DNA from: Chrysomallon squamiferum
Taxonomy: Eukaryota > Animalia > Mollusca
DNA length: 64,000 bases
Reading direction: 5' to 3'
Assembly (NCBI GenBank): GCA_012295275.1
Contig: CM022671.1
Location: 11,160,001-11,224,000, forward strand
Below the pieces are notes generated by a model that was not told where the DNA came from, did no database searches, and saw only the letters and a list, made by a program, of their open reading frames with translations. Made by a program: the position numbers and the translations under genes. Shown here piece after piece: positions 29,684-45,745 of this stretch; position 1 is the first letter of the stretch; the number at the start of each line of letters is the position of its first letter.

Positions 29684-32607
29684 TAGATTACAAGGATTAC
29701 TTTCAAGTTGATCAATCAAACAAGATAAATTAGATCCCAGTCAAAGACACTTAATCGAAAATTTGTTTTAGATAATATTTAGTATGCCTAGGGCATATAT
29801 ATATATATGTATATGAATGAGGAATGAAATTTGAAAGAACGAGAGACGAGAAAGAGAAAGACAGAGAGATAGAGACTAATATTTAAAACAATAATATAAA
29901 ATATATATATACATACAAACCAAGTGCTTTCATTTTAAATTCAAATAGTACATATTAATCTTTTTTATATTTTGAAGGAATAATTTTATGAAATATAATA
30001 TTAATAAAAACTAATAAATAGTCTTTGTTATCTTTTCTAAAAAAAACAAAATCAAAAGGAGTTACATATATTTAAAACATGCTTCATTTTGTTTTAGTAA
30101 TATATTTTGTCAACCTCTTTCTACAGTTATTTTAACTGTCTCTAAAGAAATGTAATTATGAATTATAATATTTTTAATTTATGAGAATATAATCTCTTTT
30201 TCCCTCTCTCTCTCTCCTCTCTCTCTCTCTCCATCCATCTCTTTCTTTTTCTTTCTCTTTAAGTTGTGTCTATCTCTCGTACACCATATGCACGCACGCA
30301 CGCACAAACAGTCACAAACTTAAATAAACTCGCAAAATCCCTAGCTCACATACAGTTTAGAATAGCAACAGTGACAAAGCGGTAAAGAATGATCAAAATG
30401 TATATTGGAATATACAGAATAACATAGACGTTATCGACAATCCAATAACAAGTGATGTAAATATTATTCCACAAAACACGTCCTTCATGTGGGAATGTTA
30501 CGGTAGGTGGTTTAAATTTGACACGTGTAGCTCACCAGATGGCGCCTTGATCAATAGAGCTAAGGCTTCATTTCTTTGGCAATCATAACTCTTGAAGAAG
30601 TATCGATAAAAATTTTATCGTTTTCTTGGGTCTTTGTTAAAGAAGAATAACACGATTTCCTTCGTGCCGTTTGGATCCCGTGTATAAAATTTATTCATAT
30701 ACTTAGAAGACCCAGATGTCTCTCAATTAGCGAGATATATTGTTCATTTAAACAAGTGAGAAAGTAATAAATAGAAACTAATATGTATAATAACAAAATA
30801 TTGATTTTATACTCTACTGTAGTTTTAAACTTTATTGCTTATTTACATACATAGATACATACATACATACATACTTACATACCTTATAAAAGACGTACAT
30901 ATATACATACAAACTTACACATACACACATATATATACACATACATGTACTTATATATATAGATAGATAGATAGATATACATATAGATATAAATACACAT
31001 ACCTATCTACCTACATACCTAAATAAACACATTTATAGACAAATACACGCATACACACACACATATTTACTACACATGCATGCATATGTGTGTGTGTGTG
31101 TGTGTGTGGACAAATGGACATACATATACATACATACATACATACATACATACATACAAACAAGCATACATACACATATATGAACAGGTAATACAGTAAC
31201 CAGTTATTTATTTTATCCTGCAATCCTAAACAGTAGAAATAGTAACTGAAATTAACTGTTTTAACTCTCACCATTCTCCAGATTAATACATTCAAGCGTA
31301 TTGATTTCGTAGTCACCTACACAAACCATACATCAAAACGAAGTAGTCTTAAATAACAACAACTGATTAATTATTTTATAAATGAAAACGGGTACCAAGA
31401 TGATTTTTTAATGTCTCAAATCTGAAATTAAACAAAAAGAAGTAACTTTGAATATATATATATATATATAATATTGTTTAAATGAACAATATATATATAT
31501 AAACAAATAATTTATCGAAGTAAACATAATTCCGGCTTAAAAGCTGTATTTCTGATCAGTCACATACTACATACTACCTACTAAAGTATCTGTGTGCGTT
31601 TGTGTGTTTGTATTCCTTCCCTAACTTTACTAGGCCATTATTCCTAATTTTTTAAGTAAAAAAAGTATAATACATTTAGTATTTACTACACTGACATGAA
31701 CAGAAAAAGAATGAACATTTCTCGTATTTCTTTAAATAAATATTCTTTGAAAGCTGTTCGCAAGATGGCGCATCTAAGATAAACCAAAAGTCAAGCACAA
31801 TGGCTGCCGAAAACAAGGGACGTATTGAATACCGGTATTTGCGCAAAGTCTGTCACCATCTTACAGCAGAAATATGTTCCATGCAAACACAAAACACGTG
31901 TCAGTATCAATAAATCGATGTGTGTGCGTGTTACTACAAATAATTAAGACTTTATTAACTTGTGGAAATAATCTAGGTATTTCATGAATGCAATAATATA
32001 TTATTAAATTGCTAACATAATGGAGACTACGTTAGCGAGATTAACAAGTTTCCGAAAGTTTCATTTTTAACCGACGTATTCCAAGTCTGCTTCAGTTAAA
32101 TATAAAATAATAAACACATTGGGTGTACCATAGACACGACATCTCTTTTCTGTGGAAGGTTGTCATAAAAAAAACTTTCGAGCATTTCTTCCTATTTTTG
32201 AAAGATGTCAAGAATATTAAAAATATTTTTGAACTTTTGTTGTTTATTTTTGTTAATAATTTGAGAAATTCAGGAAAGAATCAACCTGTTATGTTACAGT
32301 ACACGTTCATCTTCCGGACACTGACAACACGAACCCGCGTTCAGCCCGGAAAAAATGAGATCCGGATATTTGAAACTGATTAATTTATATTTAAACACTT
32401 TTTAAAGCAATTTTACTGCAGGTAATAGTAATAATTTAATTTACATTTAATATTAAGCTTAGTTTAGATTTCTAGTGCCTTAAAGACTTGGAGAAATATG
32501 TATTCAGGTGCTCAGAGATGTAATACTGAATTACTATCATGTGACCACTTTTAGTCCGGAAAAACGAAATATAATCCAGGTTCCGGAAATCGATGGTGTA
32601 CCTATAG

Positions 32608-32790
32608 TTTGTTAATTGCTTTTTGTTAAATGTTATTTTGTTAAGGGTTGATTTGATATAATTGTTATTTATTAAATATTACTTTTGTTAATTTTTATTT
32701 TGTGAACTGTTATTTTGTTAATCGTTATTTTGTTAAATATTATTTTGTTAACTGTTATTTTGTTATGTGCTAGTTTGTTAAGTGTTATTT
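32608..32790. repeat. Degenerate ~18-19 bp tandem repeat (TGTTATTTTGTTAA core)
   Basis: Recurrent TTTTGTTAA/TGTTATTTTG units. Confidence 0.75.
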
Positions 32791-33242
32791 CCTAACATAT
32801 TAGATATTACTTTTCGGAATTATGCACAGAAACAAAACAAAAACAAAATTAAAATTAAATTTCCCTAATATTTCATTCACAATTTCGTTCCAAGTGAAAG
32901 TCACACTTTTCTAAGATTCGGGTAAATCTGTGAGAAGCTTCTCATTGGCCAAACCGTCTTCCAGCTGCAAGAAACTGACAAACAACTGTAAGAAATCTCT
33001 GAGAAAGTAAAAATATCTCTTTGTATCTGCTAATTTATCCTTCTGTTTAGATTCTACATATCTGTCACTGCGTCTCTCTTTCATCTTATGTTCTTTTGTT
33101 GTTGATATTTTGTTTTTTAATGTTTTTATCTTTCTAATTTTTTTTATGCAATTTTTATTTTTTTTGAAAATATTTATATTATTTGAATTGGGTTTTTTGT
33201 TTGTTTGTTTGTTTATGCTTACCTATTATTTATTTATTTATT

Positions 33243-33273
<31 letters not shown>

Positions 33274-33709
33274 GTATGTTTGTTTGAAATTCGTATTATG
33301 AAAATCGACTTGAAAGCAAACCGTATACTATTATTATTATTTTATTATTATTATGTTAAATTTTTACCTACCTCGACTAAGGTTTCATTAGACAATGACA
33401 AATCTATACCAGATATTAGCTTCATTCCAGCCTTGTGATCAGTTTAGTAAAAAAACAAAAACAAAAACACAACAGCAAACAAAACAAAAATATATATAAA
33501 TATTAAATAAATAAATAAATAAATATTTAATAACCACACAATCAAAGATAAATTAAATTATAAAATAAAAATATAATATTTATCACTAGAAAATCATTCT
33601 CAATTTATCACATGTCATTTTTACTATTATTATTTTTAAATTACTTTTTAATGTGTAGATATGAAATGAAAGATAGACTGGCAGATAATCGGAGAGACAG
33701 ACAGATATA

Positions 33710-33719
33710 TAGATAGATT

Positions 33720-33794
<75 letters not shown>

Positions 33795-33958
33795 GGATAG
33801 ATAGATAGACAGACAGACAGACAGAGACAGACAGACAGAAGATAGACATACTTGATAAATAGATAGACAGAGAGGAAGATAGATAGATAGATAGATGGAT
33901 TGATAAATAGACAGACAGACAGACAGAGAAGACATATATTAGATAGAGGAAGATAGAC

Positions 33959-33995
<37 letters not shown>
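33710..33995. repeat. (GATA)n/(GACA)n microsatellite
   Basis: Read directly. Confidence 0.95.
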
Positions 33996-33996
<1 letters not shown>

Positions 33997-34338
33997 GTAA
34001 GTAGGTAAGTAGTTTGCTTTCAAGTTGGTTTTCCTACCACTGATTTCAAGCAAACAAGCAAACAAACAAACAAATACATTAAAAAATAATAATAATAAGC
34101 AAGTAAGTAAATAAATAAATAAACAGTTGTCAAGCATTATACAAATTACAATTTATCACAGCAAAGATCAGCCGCACTGGATTCAGGTGAATGAATACTT
34201 CCGACACTCTGGCAGTAATGTTTCTAAACTTTGTTTTTGTTCTTTAATTCATCAGTTTCCCACACACAGATTATTATTTGAAAAATAACAGAATATATAT
34301 ATATATATAAAAATAAACAAATATATATATATATATTT

Positions 34339-34440
<102 letters not shown>

Positions 34441-37086
34441 ACATTAAAGTAATGGACGAAGGAAAGAGAGGGAATGAATGACTTGTAAAAGTACAGTCAC
34501 GCTATTACTATGAGCTGTGTAAATTTAAAATTTTATTTCAGACACTGACACGTTAGCCGAAGCTAAATTCAAACCCGCACAGCTTATCACTTTGACTTGT
34601 TAATATAATTGATTTTCGCAATCAAAAGTCTTTTTCCTCCAGCTCGGGCAGGACGACACGTGTTTACCTCTCCATTCTTCTTCGCCTTTTCAGCAAACAC
34701 ACTTTCTCCGAATTACTTTCAGTTACAAATAATTCTTAATAAAATACCAATAGCCTGTGTGCAACAGTTTGAAAAACGGGTAAAAGAATTTGAAAAGAAA
34801 CTTCTAAAAGCCGTCTTTCTTCGGCGACAGCCGCTTTGGCTTTAACTGCGGGATTATGTTCAATGAGAATGTCTCTTCACATATTTTATTGATTGTAGCG
34901 CTGACAGCAGGCTTGATGGCGATCAACGAACAATTTCAATGGCCATAATTCATTAATATTCTTCTCCAGGTAAAAGCGTCGACACTCACACATACACACA
35001 AACAGACGGTACTGCTCTCATTCTGTGGAGCAGCTCCGGTCAATTCGTCGATACGATCGCGTTATAAAACCGGGTCTTCGTCCTGTACATTCCACCAGAT
35101 CTTCGCCGACTTCTGCCACAGAAGGCTGTCGGGACAGCGCGCGCACACTCCCGCCAGGAGTTACTGGATGTTGGCTGGCAGTTTTCAAGTTTCGGACGTG
35201 AGAGGTTGGTGCAATTTAAATTCACTTTATATACTTTAATAATAATAATAATATATTTTTTTGTTGTTTTTAAAAATTTATTTTTACTGAAAACGTAGAT
35301 AAAACATTATAATTGTTAGATATTATTACAGAGAACCACTATCGTACATAGAATTAATAACAAAATAAAAAAAAAAAAAAAAAGGAATTATTTAAACAAA
35401 AATATATAATAACCAAAATTAGTGTTTAATTAAAAAAAAAAAAAAAAGAGGGAGATTATAAATGAGAATATATAATTATTATTAAATTATTTTTATAATG
35501 TTTCAGAACTGTTTATTTAACATTAATCGTACAAAAAAAAAAAAAAAAAGATATACAAAAAAAATATATATTAAAATAAATATTATAATAAATATTCAGG
35601 AGTGAGGACTATAAATAGGACTAACATGCAGGTTTCAATACCTGTGTTCTGATCACAGCTACAGTAAATCGATGAGACGCCATTCATTGGCTGATGAAAA
35701 GAAATTCATTTTCTAACCTGATTTATATTGCGTCGATAAATCACAGAAATGTCAGTCATCAAACACCAAGCAGAGAAAGGGTGAATAAGCTGTTAAACAC
35801 TCAGACCAAAACCAAAAATCTTAATTTTTATTTCAGTTTTAAGATTAAGAAACACAGTCGTGTTTGTTACACCATTTTTGTTAATTATGCAAGATTTACC
35901 ACAGTGTGTGCATGTTTGGGGTTTCGATTTCTCGGTTTTGTTGTGCAGTACTTTTGAAGTTTCTGATATTCGTTTATAAATATTTTGTACTCTCATTAGC
36001 TAAATAAAGAAAAGAAATCGTGGTCATAGTAAACATAATTAGTATCAAATGTAACCGTACAGCAGCCAGGAAGAAAACTAACTGAATGTTTAAAACGTAA
36101 CAAAAGGTCAGGTTTTTGTGATGCTGAAAGTTTAGAAAAAAAGAAAAGAAAAAAGAAGAAAAATAAAAAATATTATATGTATCAAATTATCTCAAGATAA
36201 CAAAATAAAACTTTTAAAACTCTGATCTGTTGGCTGAAAACGAAACATTTAGTCACCACTGTTATTATTACTTTTATAACTTTTATACTCAAAGTTTATC
36301 TTCACATTAGTTCATTATCACTCATTTTACGTAACATTTTGTGGCTATATCCCGTTCCAGCCATGGTATCTCATATGGTAAATATAGCCTATGGAATTCT
36401 GCCAACGAGATTTGTTTTTTCATAACTTAATAACAGTACCTCAATTATATTAAAACGTATTTGAAGTATACTTAATATTAATTCATTTACGTTATCAGTT
36501 TTCTAAATAACATAAAATAAAGCTTCCACGAGAGTCGATCCCACGCTCTTGCACACCTGACGGTGACAGGTGAACGAGATCAACTCAAGCGTAAACTAAA
36601 CGTCATTTCGTTTTCGTCAGTCAACAATGCACTGTCACTCGAGCGTTTAATTTGTAAAACTTGAATTTCGCTTCAACGTTTAACTTAAATTTGTTGAAAC
36701 CAGAGTTACCGATATTAATAAATTTCCATGTCATCACAAGAGAGAGTTTGATTTATTATTTACTGAGGTAAAATAGAGGGGGAAAAAGACTGAACATAGT
36801 GAATATTGATTATGCAAATACTTACTGCATAGCGACCGTCGTTACCTTGCTACAATGCAGTCTGTTTGGCGTGGATTGAATATCGACACTTTCATAAATG
36901 AATAGTTCTCTCTTTTTTACGTTTTCTATTCTTCTCCGTGTTCAACAACTTAACGATATTCATGATGTTATTTTTAAACAGGTAACAGGGTTAGTCCAGT
37001 TAGCGCTAAAAAGGTGTAAGTAAATGTTATTATTGTTTTAAACGTGTTTGGATAAGGATGTATGTTTTCTCCTTTCTGATCTTGTC

Positions 37087-37126
<40 letters not shown>

Positions 37127-37611
37127 TCTTAATAGTAATCCTACGTGTTGTTTTTATTATATGCGTGCACACATACAGACAGTCGAACATCCACGCACAA
37201 ATCTGCGTATGATAGACAGAAGAAAGTAGAACAAAATACTGCCTTACACGAATTTTTCTTTATACAAATGTTTATCACATTCTAATAACTCATCTACACT
37301 GACAAATACGCGAAGCTGTTTAGGCCGAGTTACAATACAATAATAGAAACCTGAAATCACTCCTGAGGTCACTGAGGTCACATTTGCACACCTTGGATCT
37401 GAAAACTTTCCAGTTTCTGCTTGTCTCGACACGCCTGGTGATCTTTGATAATTTTAACAATTAATATAATCCATTTAGATGAAGTATGACAACAGGAAAG
37501 TATGAAACGAGAGTGAAAAAATATCAAGGTTTTGTAGTAGTGGTAGTGACAGCAGCAGTCTTGTATATGTTTGTGTGTTTGTTTTTTGAGAGAGAATGTG
37601 TTTAAGGGGAT

Positions 37612-37677
<66 letters not shown>

Positions 37678-38120
37678 ATGCATCTGTGTAGGTGTATTCA
37701 TTAGACATGGGTCTCTCTCCACAGTTATTAAATATATATAAATAAGCAGTTTAATTGCATACGTTGTAAAAACCAGCCTATGTATAAAAATTCCCGCACA
37801 AAGATAAAACCTAAAACTCATCAGACAAGTCCCTTCTCTTCAGTTGAAATCAGTTTTTACCTGGCTGTCTACAACCTGTCGTACCGAATTATCCACACAA
37901 TCCTATATATTCATATCGATTTATCTCTTTTAATATCCGTTTAGCTTATTTGCGAAATAGATTTCTTTATCGCGGTTAATACTGGCCCAGCTTGGAGAGA
38001 ATAATTTAAATTCTACACAATGCAGACGATGGTGTAACACACTGAAGTAGTAACACACACCGCTACACCGTCGGCTTTGTTTATTGACGTAACTCTCGGT
38101 CGATTGTTAAAAAGCACAGC

Positions 38121-38303
38121 TGTAGTTATTATTAACTCTTTTTTACCTGTGTGTGGAAATACATATGTAGTTATTATTAACTCTTTTTTATCTGTGTGGA
38201 AATACATATGTAGTTATTATTAACTCTTTTTTATCTGTGTGGAAATACATATGTAGTTATTATTAACTCTTTTTTATCTGTGTGGAAATACATATGTAGT
38301 TAC
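38121..38303. repeat. 43-45 bp minisatellite, ~4 copies
   Basis: Unit TGTAGTTATTATTAACTCTTTTTTATCTGTGTGGAAATACATA. Confidence 0.92.
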
Positions 38304-40694
38304 TACTGCGTTTGCCTGCTTACAAAGCCGTGTAATATTAAAATATTAAATTTTGACTATTTATTGTTGTTTTTGTTGTCGCTGAGCTCCATCATCTGCT
38401 TCAAAATCATTGTGATTGTTGAAATAGAATAAAAAATTCTAAAAGTAAACAAAACTGATATATATATATATACACACATTATTCAAACATTGTATTGAAT
38501 GCGGGATATTTCATACCGACATTAAAACGTACTAATACCAATAGTGCTTTTCGATCATATTTTTTTTTAGTCTAGTTAAGTGTAGGAAATTAATATATCA
38601 AAGTATTACATAACTTGATCAGCGCCATTAATTAAGAACAAACTTTACTTTTCAGATCATGAGGGAAAATTGTATTTAATTAGAACACAGAGAACAGTCT
38701 GAAGTGTAGATTTACACAGTAAAATAACACGTCTTAAATTAACTACGAAATTAAAAATTATTGATTTATACTGAATTTTATTTATTTCGAAATATGATTA
38801 TTTTTACAAAACAAAAATTTATATTATTATAAATGGAAAAAACAAAACAAATACTGAATAAATAAATAAATAAATAGAAAATATTTAAAATAATAATAAT
38901 AATAAAAAATAGAGAATATTGAATTTCCATAGATGCCCGTAAAGAACGACAAAATCAATATGTAACTAGAAAAAGCGCTGGCAGTCATTTCAGGTATACA
39001 ATACATTCAAACAGCTGTCCCAAGCTGGAATGGAAATCAATGTGTCCGTTATTACTGAATGGACAATTCTCTTCAGTTTAGATTACTCGACGTTCAAGTA
39101 AAGTGTCCCAGCTGAGTTAAGACGGTTAGAACGGATTGGTTCGTGCGGTGATCAAAACGTCCCACACGCCACCGCTCACCCAGGTTTGGTCCGCTGTGTA
39201 ACAGTGGAGAACTGTCAGCGGAAGTCGATCGCCATCATGGTCGTCTGGTATTGTGTGGAAGCCTGAATGCGAGGAAACTGAAAGAAGTTTACAGACAGAA
39301 AACGGGTGATTGTGTCGTCGGGTTGAAACAGAGTCGAATCATGTTGCTCGCCTCACAGGTAAGGTATTCAGATTAATAACAGGTGAATACTGAGCGCTAG
39401 GCGTACTTGAAGTAAAATAAAATAACAATGATATTACTCTGTGTCGTAAAACGTGTCACAACAGTATCGTTCCATCTGTATTTGCACTCTCAGGCTGAAT
39501 AGCTTATTTTAGGCTCAGTTCAGTTAAACATTTTTGTTTCGTTGCATCGCTAAGTTTTACTCAGATAGCATAGCACGTTAACATCAAAATATTTTATTCT
39601 AGTCTTTATTGTATGTAATCGATTTCTACTGTTGCTTATTATTATTTTTGTATCAGTATATAATACTATTCGTATGCAGTATTGTCTGATATAGAGTAAT
39701 GTAATGTGCTTTACAAATGATTTCAATAAACTAGAATGGTATAATAATTATGATAAAAACTTTATAAACATTTTCTAATAAATGCTATCGCTGCTGCTCC
39801 CACCGCTACAATAACTGTTGTTATTTCTTTGTTATCTCAGCTTGTTTCCAGTAGTTTAATATTTCTGCATGAACAACGCGGACAGTTATGGCTGCTTTCA
39901 CATACAACTCGAGTTATCGTTTTATTACCTCTGAAAACACAATGTTCAGATCTTATCTGAACGCTTTTCATTAATTTTATTCGAAATGTGTCATACGAAT
40001 TTGCCAGCGCTGTAACAAGAACATTAAACATAATTAAACTGAGTCGACAGTAGTGTCTTGTCACAGAATGAAACAATCCTACACAGTTTTACTAAACATT
40101 ATTATCTGCATAATACACTCGACATTTCCCGTAGGCAGCGCCCACTGTCATCCCCGAGAAACACACCCACAGTGTAAGACCAAACCCACTTTTCTATAAA
40201 TAGGCATGAAAGGACTGTTGTACGTAATCGTATTTTTTTTTTATTTTTTTTTTATTATAATAATTTACAGCAATATACTTCTTAAAAAAGAAAAGAAAAC
40301 AGAAATAAAAAGTATAAAAGAAATTCTTTGTTTCTTTTTTTTTGCTCATGACTGTGTAACATACTCATTAATGTGAATCTTCTACAAAGTAATTATAGTG
40401 CTGACAATTTTTTTCGGAGGTTAAATATTCATAGAGAGCAGAGACAGATGATCACCGCCCACTTGTAAATTTCATTCATAAATTCATGTTAGTGATCTTA
40501 CCTGGATGCACCTACAAGTGGGTGAAAGCAAACACACCTGTTGCCGAGAACACCACGTGTACCTTGTGACTAAGTGAATTCTGTTTCGTATGATCTGACA
40601 GTGAGAGAATGATTCATCAGTTTTTCTGACAGTGAGTGAGAGAAAGTGAAACGAGAGGATGAGACAATGACAGAGGAAAATAATGTGTGTGTGT

Positions 40695-40819
<125 letters not shown>

Positions 40820-40953
40820 ATAATGAGCAAAAGACGAATCAGCTCAAGAAAATATGTCAACACGAAAATGTTGATATGAAAATGTAATCAGCTTCAGTGA
40901 AATAAGAGAACAGAAAGCAGACGACGTAGCAAGAGCAAAATATGTCTAACCAC

Positions 40954-41014
40954 CTTTTGATTGTTGCTCAGAAAGCCGTTGGATTTAATTCGGCGCTCGA
41001 GCATCAATCAAAGA
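40954..41014 (+). ncRNA. mir-315: microRNA precursor mir-315
   Basis: 40955-40976 TTTTGATTGTTGCTCAGAAAGC matches mature miR-315-5p as I recall it. The 3' arm CGGCGCTCGAGCATCAATCAAAGA pairs with it (GCCG/CGGC, GCTC/GAGC, TTGATTG/CAATCAA) around a short loop. Confidence 0.95.
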
Positions 41015-41213
41015 TTGAAATAGGCAAAAATACGCCGATGCTCTTGTAAGAAAACATTCCCTACAAGAAGAAACCATGTAACAGAATAAATAAAACAGAG
41101 GTAAGCAACAGCACAATTTTTTATTTATTATGCTTTGAAAGATTTCTTCAGCATTTAGTCCTGTGTGTATATTCATTTGTGAAAAATATTTTCAGACCAT
41201 ACCCACAACAGAT

Positions 41214-41277
<64 letters not shown>

Positions 41278-41733
41278 CATACAAAGACACACACGATGTG
41301 ACACGTGATATATTTTTGTAATTTTGGGAAGTATAGTAATTAAACACTGGGCAAGCTATACTAAGCAAATTACGAACATGTAATAAATGTATATATAATA
41401 CACATATACATATAATATATGTACTACATGTGGCATTACTTTGTGTGTGAGATGTGTTTATATATACACATACACACAAACACACAGATAACATTAAAAG
41501 ATGTGTGTGTGTATGTTTTTTGTTGAATGAAAATCTGTTAAAAAGCCTATCGTTGTTATAGTCAATATTCACTTGATAAAATTCAGTAAAACTGAATGTT
41601 GATGTAACCTGTTATGTAGAACAGGAGTATATCGGAACGAAAGAAAGCAGAAATATTATAATCTGTTTAGGACTGGTTTTTTCTTTTCTTTATTCTCTGA
41701 CTTCTAAGCGTAAAAACTAAACAACCAAAAGCC

Positions 41734-41912
41734 AGTCTAGTGCTAACAGCAGTGTACAGAATTAACAACAGTCTAGTGCTAACAGCAGTGTACAGAATTA
41801 ACAACAGTCTAGTGCTAACAGTAGTGTACAGAATTAACAACAGTCTAGTGCTAACAGCAGTGTACAGAATTAACAACAGTCTAGTGCTAACAGCAGTGTA
41901 CAGAATTAACAA
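41734..41912. repeat. 36-bp minisatellite, 5 copies
   Basis: Unit AGTCTAGTGCTAACAGCAGTGTACAGAATTAACAAC. Confidence 0.95.
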
Positions 41913-42645
41913 TATTGTATGTGAGAAATAATAACCAGTGCAATAGATCTTTCGTGATAAGTATTGTGCTGAAATGTGCACAGGATTAATAATACTGTGT
42001 CGTCTGCAAACTAGTAAACAACATAAACGAAATACAGTATCTGTTGATATCATTCTAATTTATTACATTCGTACACAATGGCTTTTATTTCGAAGAAAAT
42101 GTGACTTGGTTTCTGAGGTTAATTTCGTTAAAGTGTTGAATGTTCTATACAAAATACAAACTAATACCGTCTGACATATACTTATATATTCAAAAAAAGT
42201 TATATCGTTCGGTAAGTTGAATTTATCTTATTGTGTGAAATTCTGGCAAGTAAAATATTTAATTCGTAATCGATATTGATCTCGATTTCAGAAATACTTA
42301 AAATTTCTGTTAATGATATCTTATATAGTAGCTCCTTGTCTATAAAGAGACACACAGACAGATAGATAGATAGACAGACAAACAGACACAGATAGAAAGA
42401 TATATAGATAGACAGAGACAGACAAATACAGATAGATAGAAAAAACCCAGACAAAGCTGACAAAAGAAAACACTTACTCTCAGTCATTCTATTCGTCTGT
42501 TTGTGTGTGTGTTTGTGTGTCTGTGTTTTTGGGTGTGGGTGTGTCTGTTTGTCTGTGTGTGTATGTGTATGTGTGTGTGTGTGTCTGTTGATGGAAGGAT
42601 AGATGGATGGGGGGATGGAAGTGTTTGTTGTCATTTATATTTCAG

Positions 42646-42704
42646 ATACCCTGTACAGTACAAATGAATTATTTCAAGTGATTTCAAAGAGCAGTATAAA
42701 GATG
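42646..42704 (+). other. Candidate exon of a + strand transcript (possible mir-315 host)
   Basis: TTTATATTTCAG| ... AAGATG|GTAAGT, strong splice sites. A strong donor CAG|GTAAGG lies upstream at 39358/39359. Confidence 0.4.
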
Positions 42705-44697
42705 GTAAGTACACAAGTATACTGTTAACACACACTGTCAGTTTAATGTTACATAAACACCAGATTTTCTTCAAAGTGTTTACGGGTCGATAACATTTTA
42801 CTGTTATTCATTTATGGGCTTCTCGTATTTTCATAGCGAGGTCACACGCGTTTATAAAGCTGTATCGTATTTTCCTTAAATCTTTATTAAATAATGCAGA
42901 ATGATTTTAATTAGATTTTTTTCTTTTAATTATTCTTTGCAAAACGTGCATTCAGTTGATTTAATATAATTTAAAATTTAATTATTTTTCCAGTGGACGT
43001 GTACAGAATTATAGTGAACGAAAGCGTTTGTGAAAGACAGAAAGAGAGAGGAAAATAAGTAAGTGTGTAACAGTGTATTACACCACACAAACATGTCCGT
43101 CCAAACGTACACACACACTGAACAGATGTAAGGACGGACTGAGAGACAGAGACAGGTTTTTCAAAATAACGTGGTATTGAGGTGATAATATAGAAGAACA
43201 CAAGAAACAATTAGAGTTATTGTAACTACAAATTATTACTGTTAAATAAGTGATATAATATCAATCTCCCTCTCTCTTTAGTATTTTACACTCATGTACA
43301 ACAACAACACGACAACAATAGTAGTAGTAGTAGTAGTTGTAGAAATAACTGTAATATAAAAGTAGTAGTAATAGTAGTAGTAGTAGTAGTAATAATTTAA
43401 TATAATAGTAGTAGTAAAAGTAGTAGTAGTAGCCGTGGCAGTAGTAACAGTGGTAGTAATAGTAGTAGAAGTTGCTGTTGCTGTGACTTAGTGATAATTT
43501 ATTCCAGTATAGTCTGACATAACAGTAAACTTCATATCGTCATTGTTCCAGTTATTTCCCGTGTATATACGTAACGTGTTTTTTTTTTAATTCCACAGTT
43601 TATTATATCGACCAGTGGACACTGATGAATGTATTTACTGAATATCAATATGCCTCATGTGCATATAAAAATATTCTGTGCATCAGCAATGAACACGACA
43701 GTTGTCGTAGGTGTTAAACACGCAGGTCAAGCAGTTCTAAACAGCGTTTCAAATAAACTCTTTTATGATGAATCCAAGAAAACTGGTTAATCCTTTTTTT
43801 TTTTTTTTTTTTGTTGTTGTTTTGTTTTATACATAAACAACAAACAAAACAACCACCCCACCCCAAAAAAAAAAAAAAAAAAAATTCTATCGAAGTCGCC
43901 TATTTTATATTCTGTCTTAAAACCCTAAGAACTGGAGTTATGAAGTCTGTTTATTTTTTATTTATTTTTTATATTTTAACTGATGTTTGTCTCTGTATGT
44001 GTATGTGTGTCTGTGTGTGTATATCCTGTGTGATAGGTGTAGTAAATTCAGTTATAAACTGTAAGCGACGACTTTAAAACATTTTCACCAAGATTACATA
44101 TTCTAATATTTCAAAGTTAGATATAACTGAAACCTGAATTTACAGTTACAGTAAAAATATTAATAAATTGTGTGGAATGTTTTAATTATCATTTATTAGT
44201 CTATTTAGAGTTTGATTGATTGCACTTTCAGACTTGAGTTTTATTCAGAAAAAAATCATTATTAAGAACTGTCTTTCCGTTCTTGATTCTCTCGAGTACA
44301 AAGGCTACATGAAATATCAATTACCAACACTTTGACTTGAAAGGTTACCGGTCTAACTTCGTGTCTTCTGCACAAATCGTATGATACCCAGGTCATTGTA
44401 CATTCAGTCTATGTGCAGATATGTGCGTATGCGTGCGTGTTTGTGCGTGCGTGCGTGTGTGTGTTTGTTTGTACGTGGACGCTAACGCGCCAATGAATAT
44501 TTTGCGAAAATATTTTTGTCTTTCTGAAGTTATATGACTGCACCCAAATTGTCAGTTCGTCCTTTTTTCTCTATATTTGGAAATGTGTACTATTTTTCAT
44601 ATTTCACCAGTTATCCAAAAGTATGTGTTGATCTGTTTATATTCTGCTGAAAAAAACACACGAAATAAAACAAGATGAAATAAAAATATATTCTTTA

Positions 44698-45136
<439 letters not shown>

Positions 45137-45699
45137 AGACTTGGGACTATTTGAATTGCTCAAGACTGGCTGAGGTTGTATATAACCACATCGGTGTGAA
45201 AAAAGAAAAAAATTAAAAAAAGAAATTTTAAAAATTATTATTGACGAGTTTCCACTCTTATGTTATCTTTACAAAGTTTCACCACCGACATTTAATTAAA
45301 CTGTATTAAGCTTTTGTTAACATTTACCCATGCATTCATACGCTTACTCATTAATAAATGCAAAATTTGCTGTTTGTATCAGAAATCGTTTCGAGACGTT
45401 GATCTGTATGAAGAGAGCCTTTAAGAGATAAGCTGTATGCAGTGAGATTAAACCACTGACAGCTATTTCATTGTCAAAAAATAGAAATATTCTTTTATTC
45501 TCTTTCCACACTACTAAATATGATCCCATTAGCGACAACAACGACTGCAGCTACGACAGTCTTTGATAGCCTGACTGTATTGTTGTTTCCAGGCTATTCA
45601 GTCTGGGCATAACGACGTAGTATAACGGATTAATAGATAACAACGATCATAGGATACTTTATGTGAGTCGGTGAATATGCTGTGTTTTCGCATGTTTGT

Positions 45700-45745
<46 letters not shown>

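Noticed and set aside
40450-40526. Inverted repeat CCCACTTGTA...TACAAGTGGG near mir-315 as a second miRNA
   Set aside because: The stem is only 10-13 bp with a ~45-nt loop, and it matches no mature miRNA I know.
45592-45624. Ankyrin-like AIQSGHNDVV after an acceptor
   Set aside because: An immediate stop follows and I found no other ankyrin exons.
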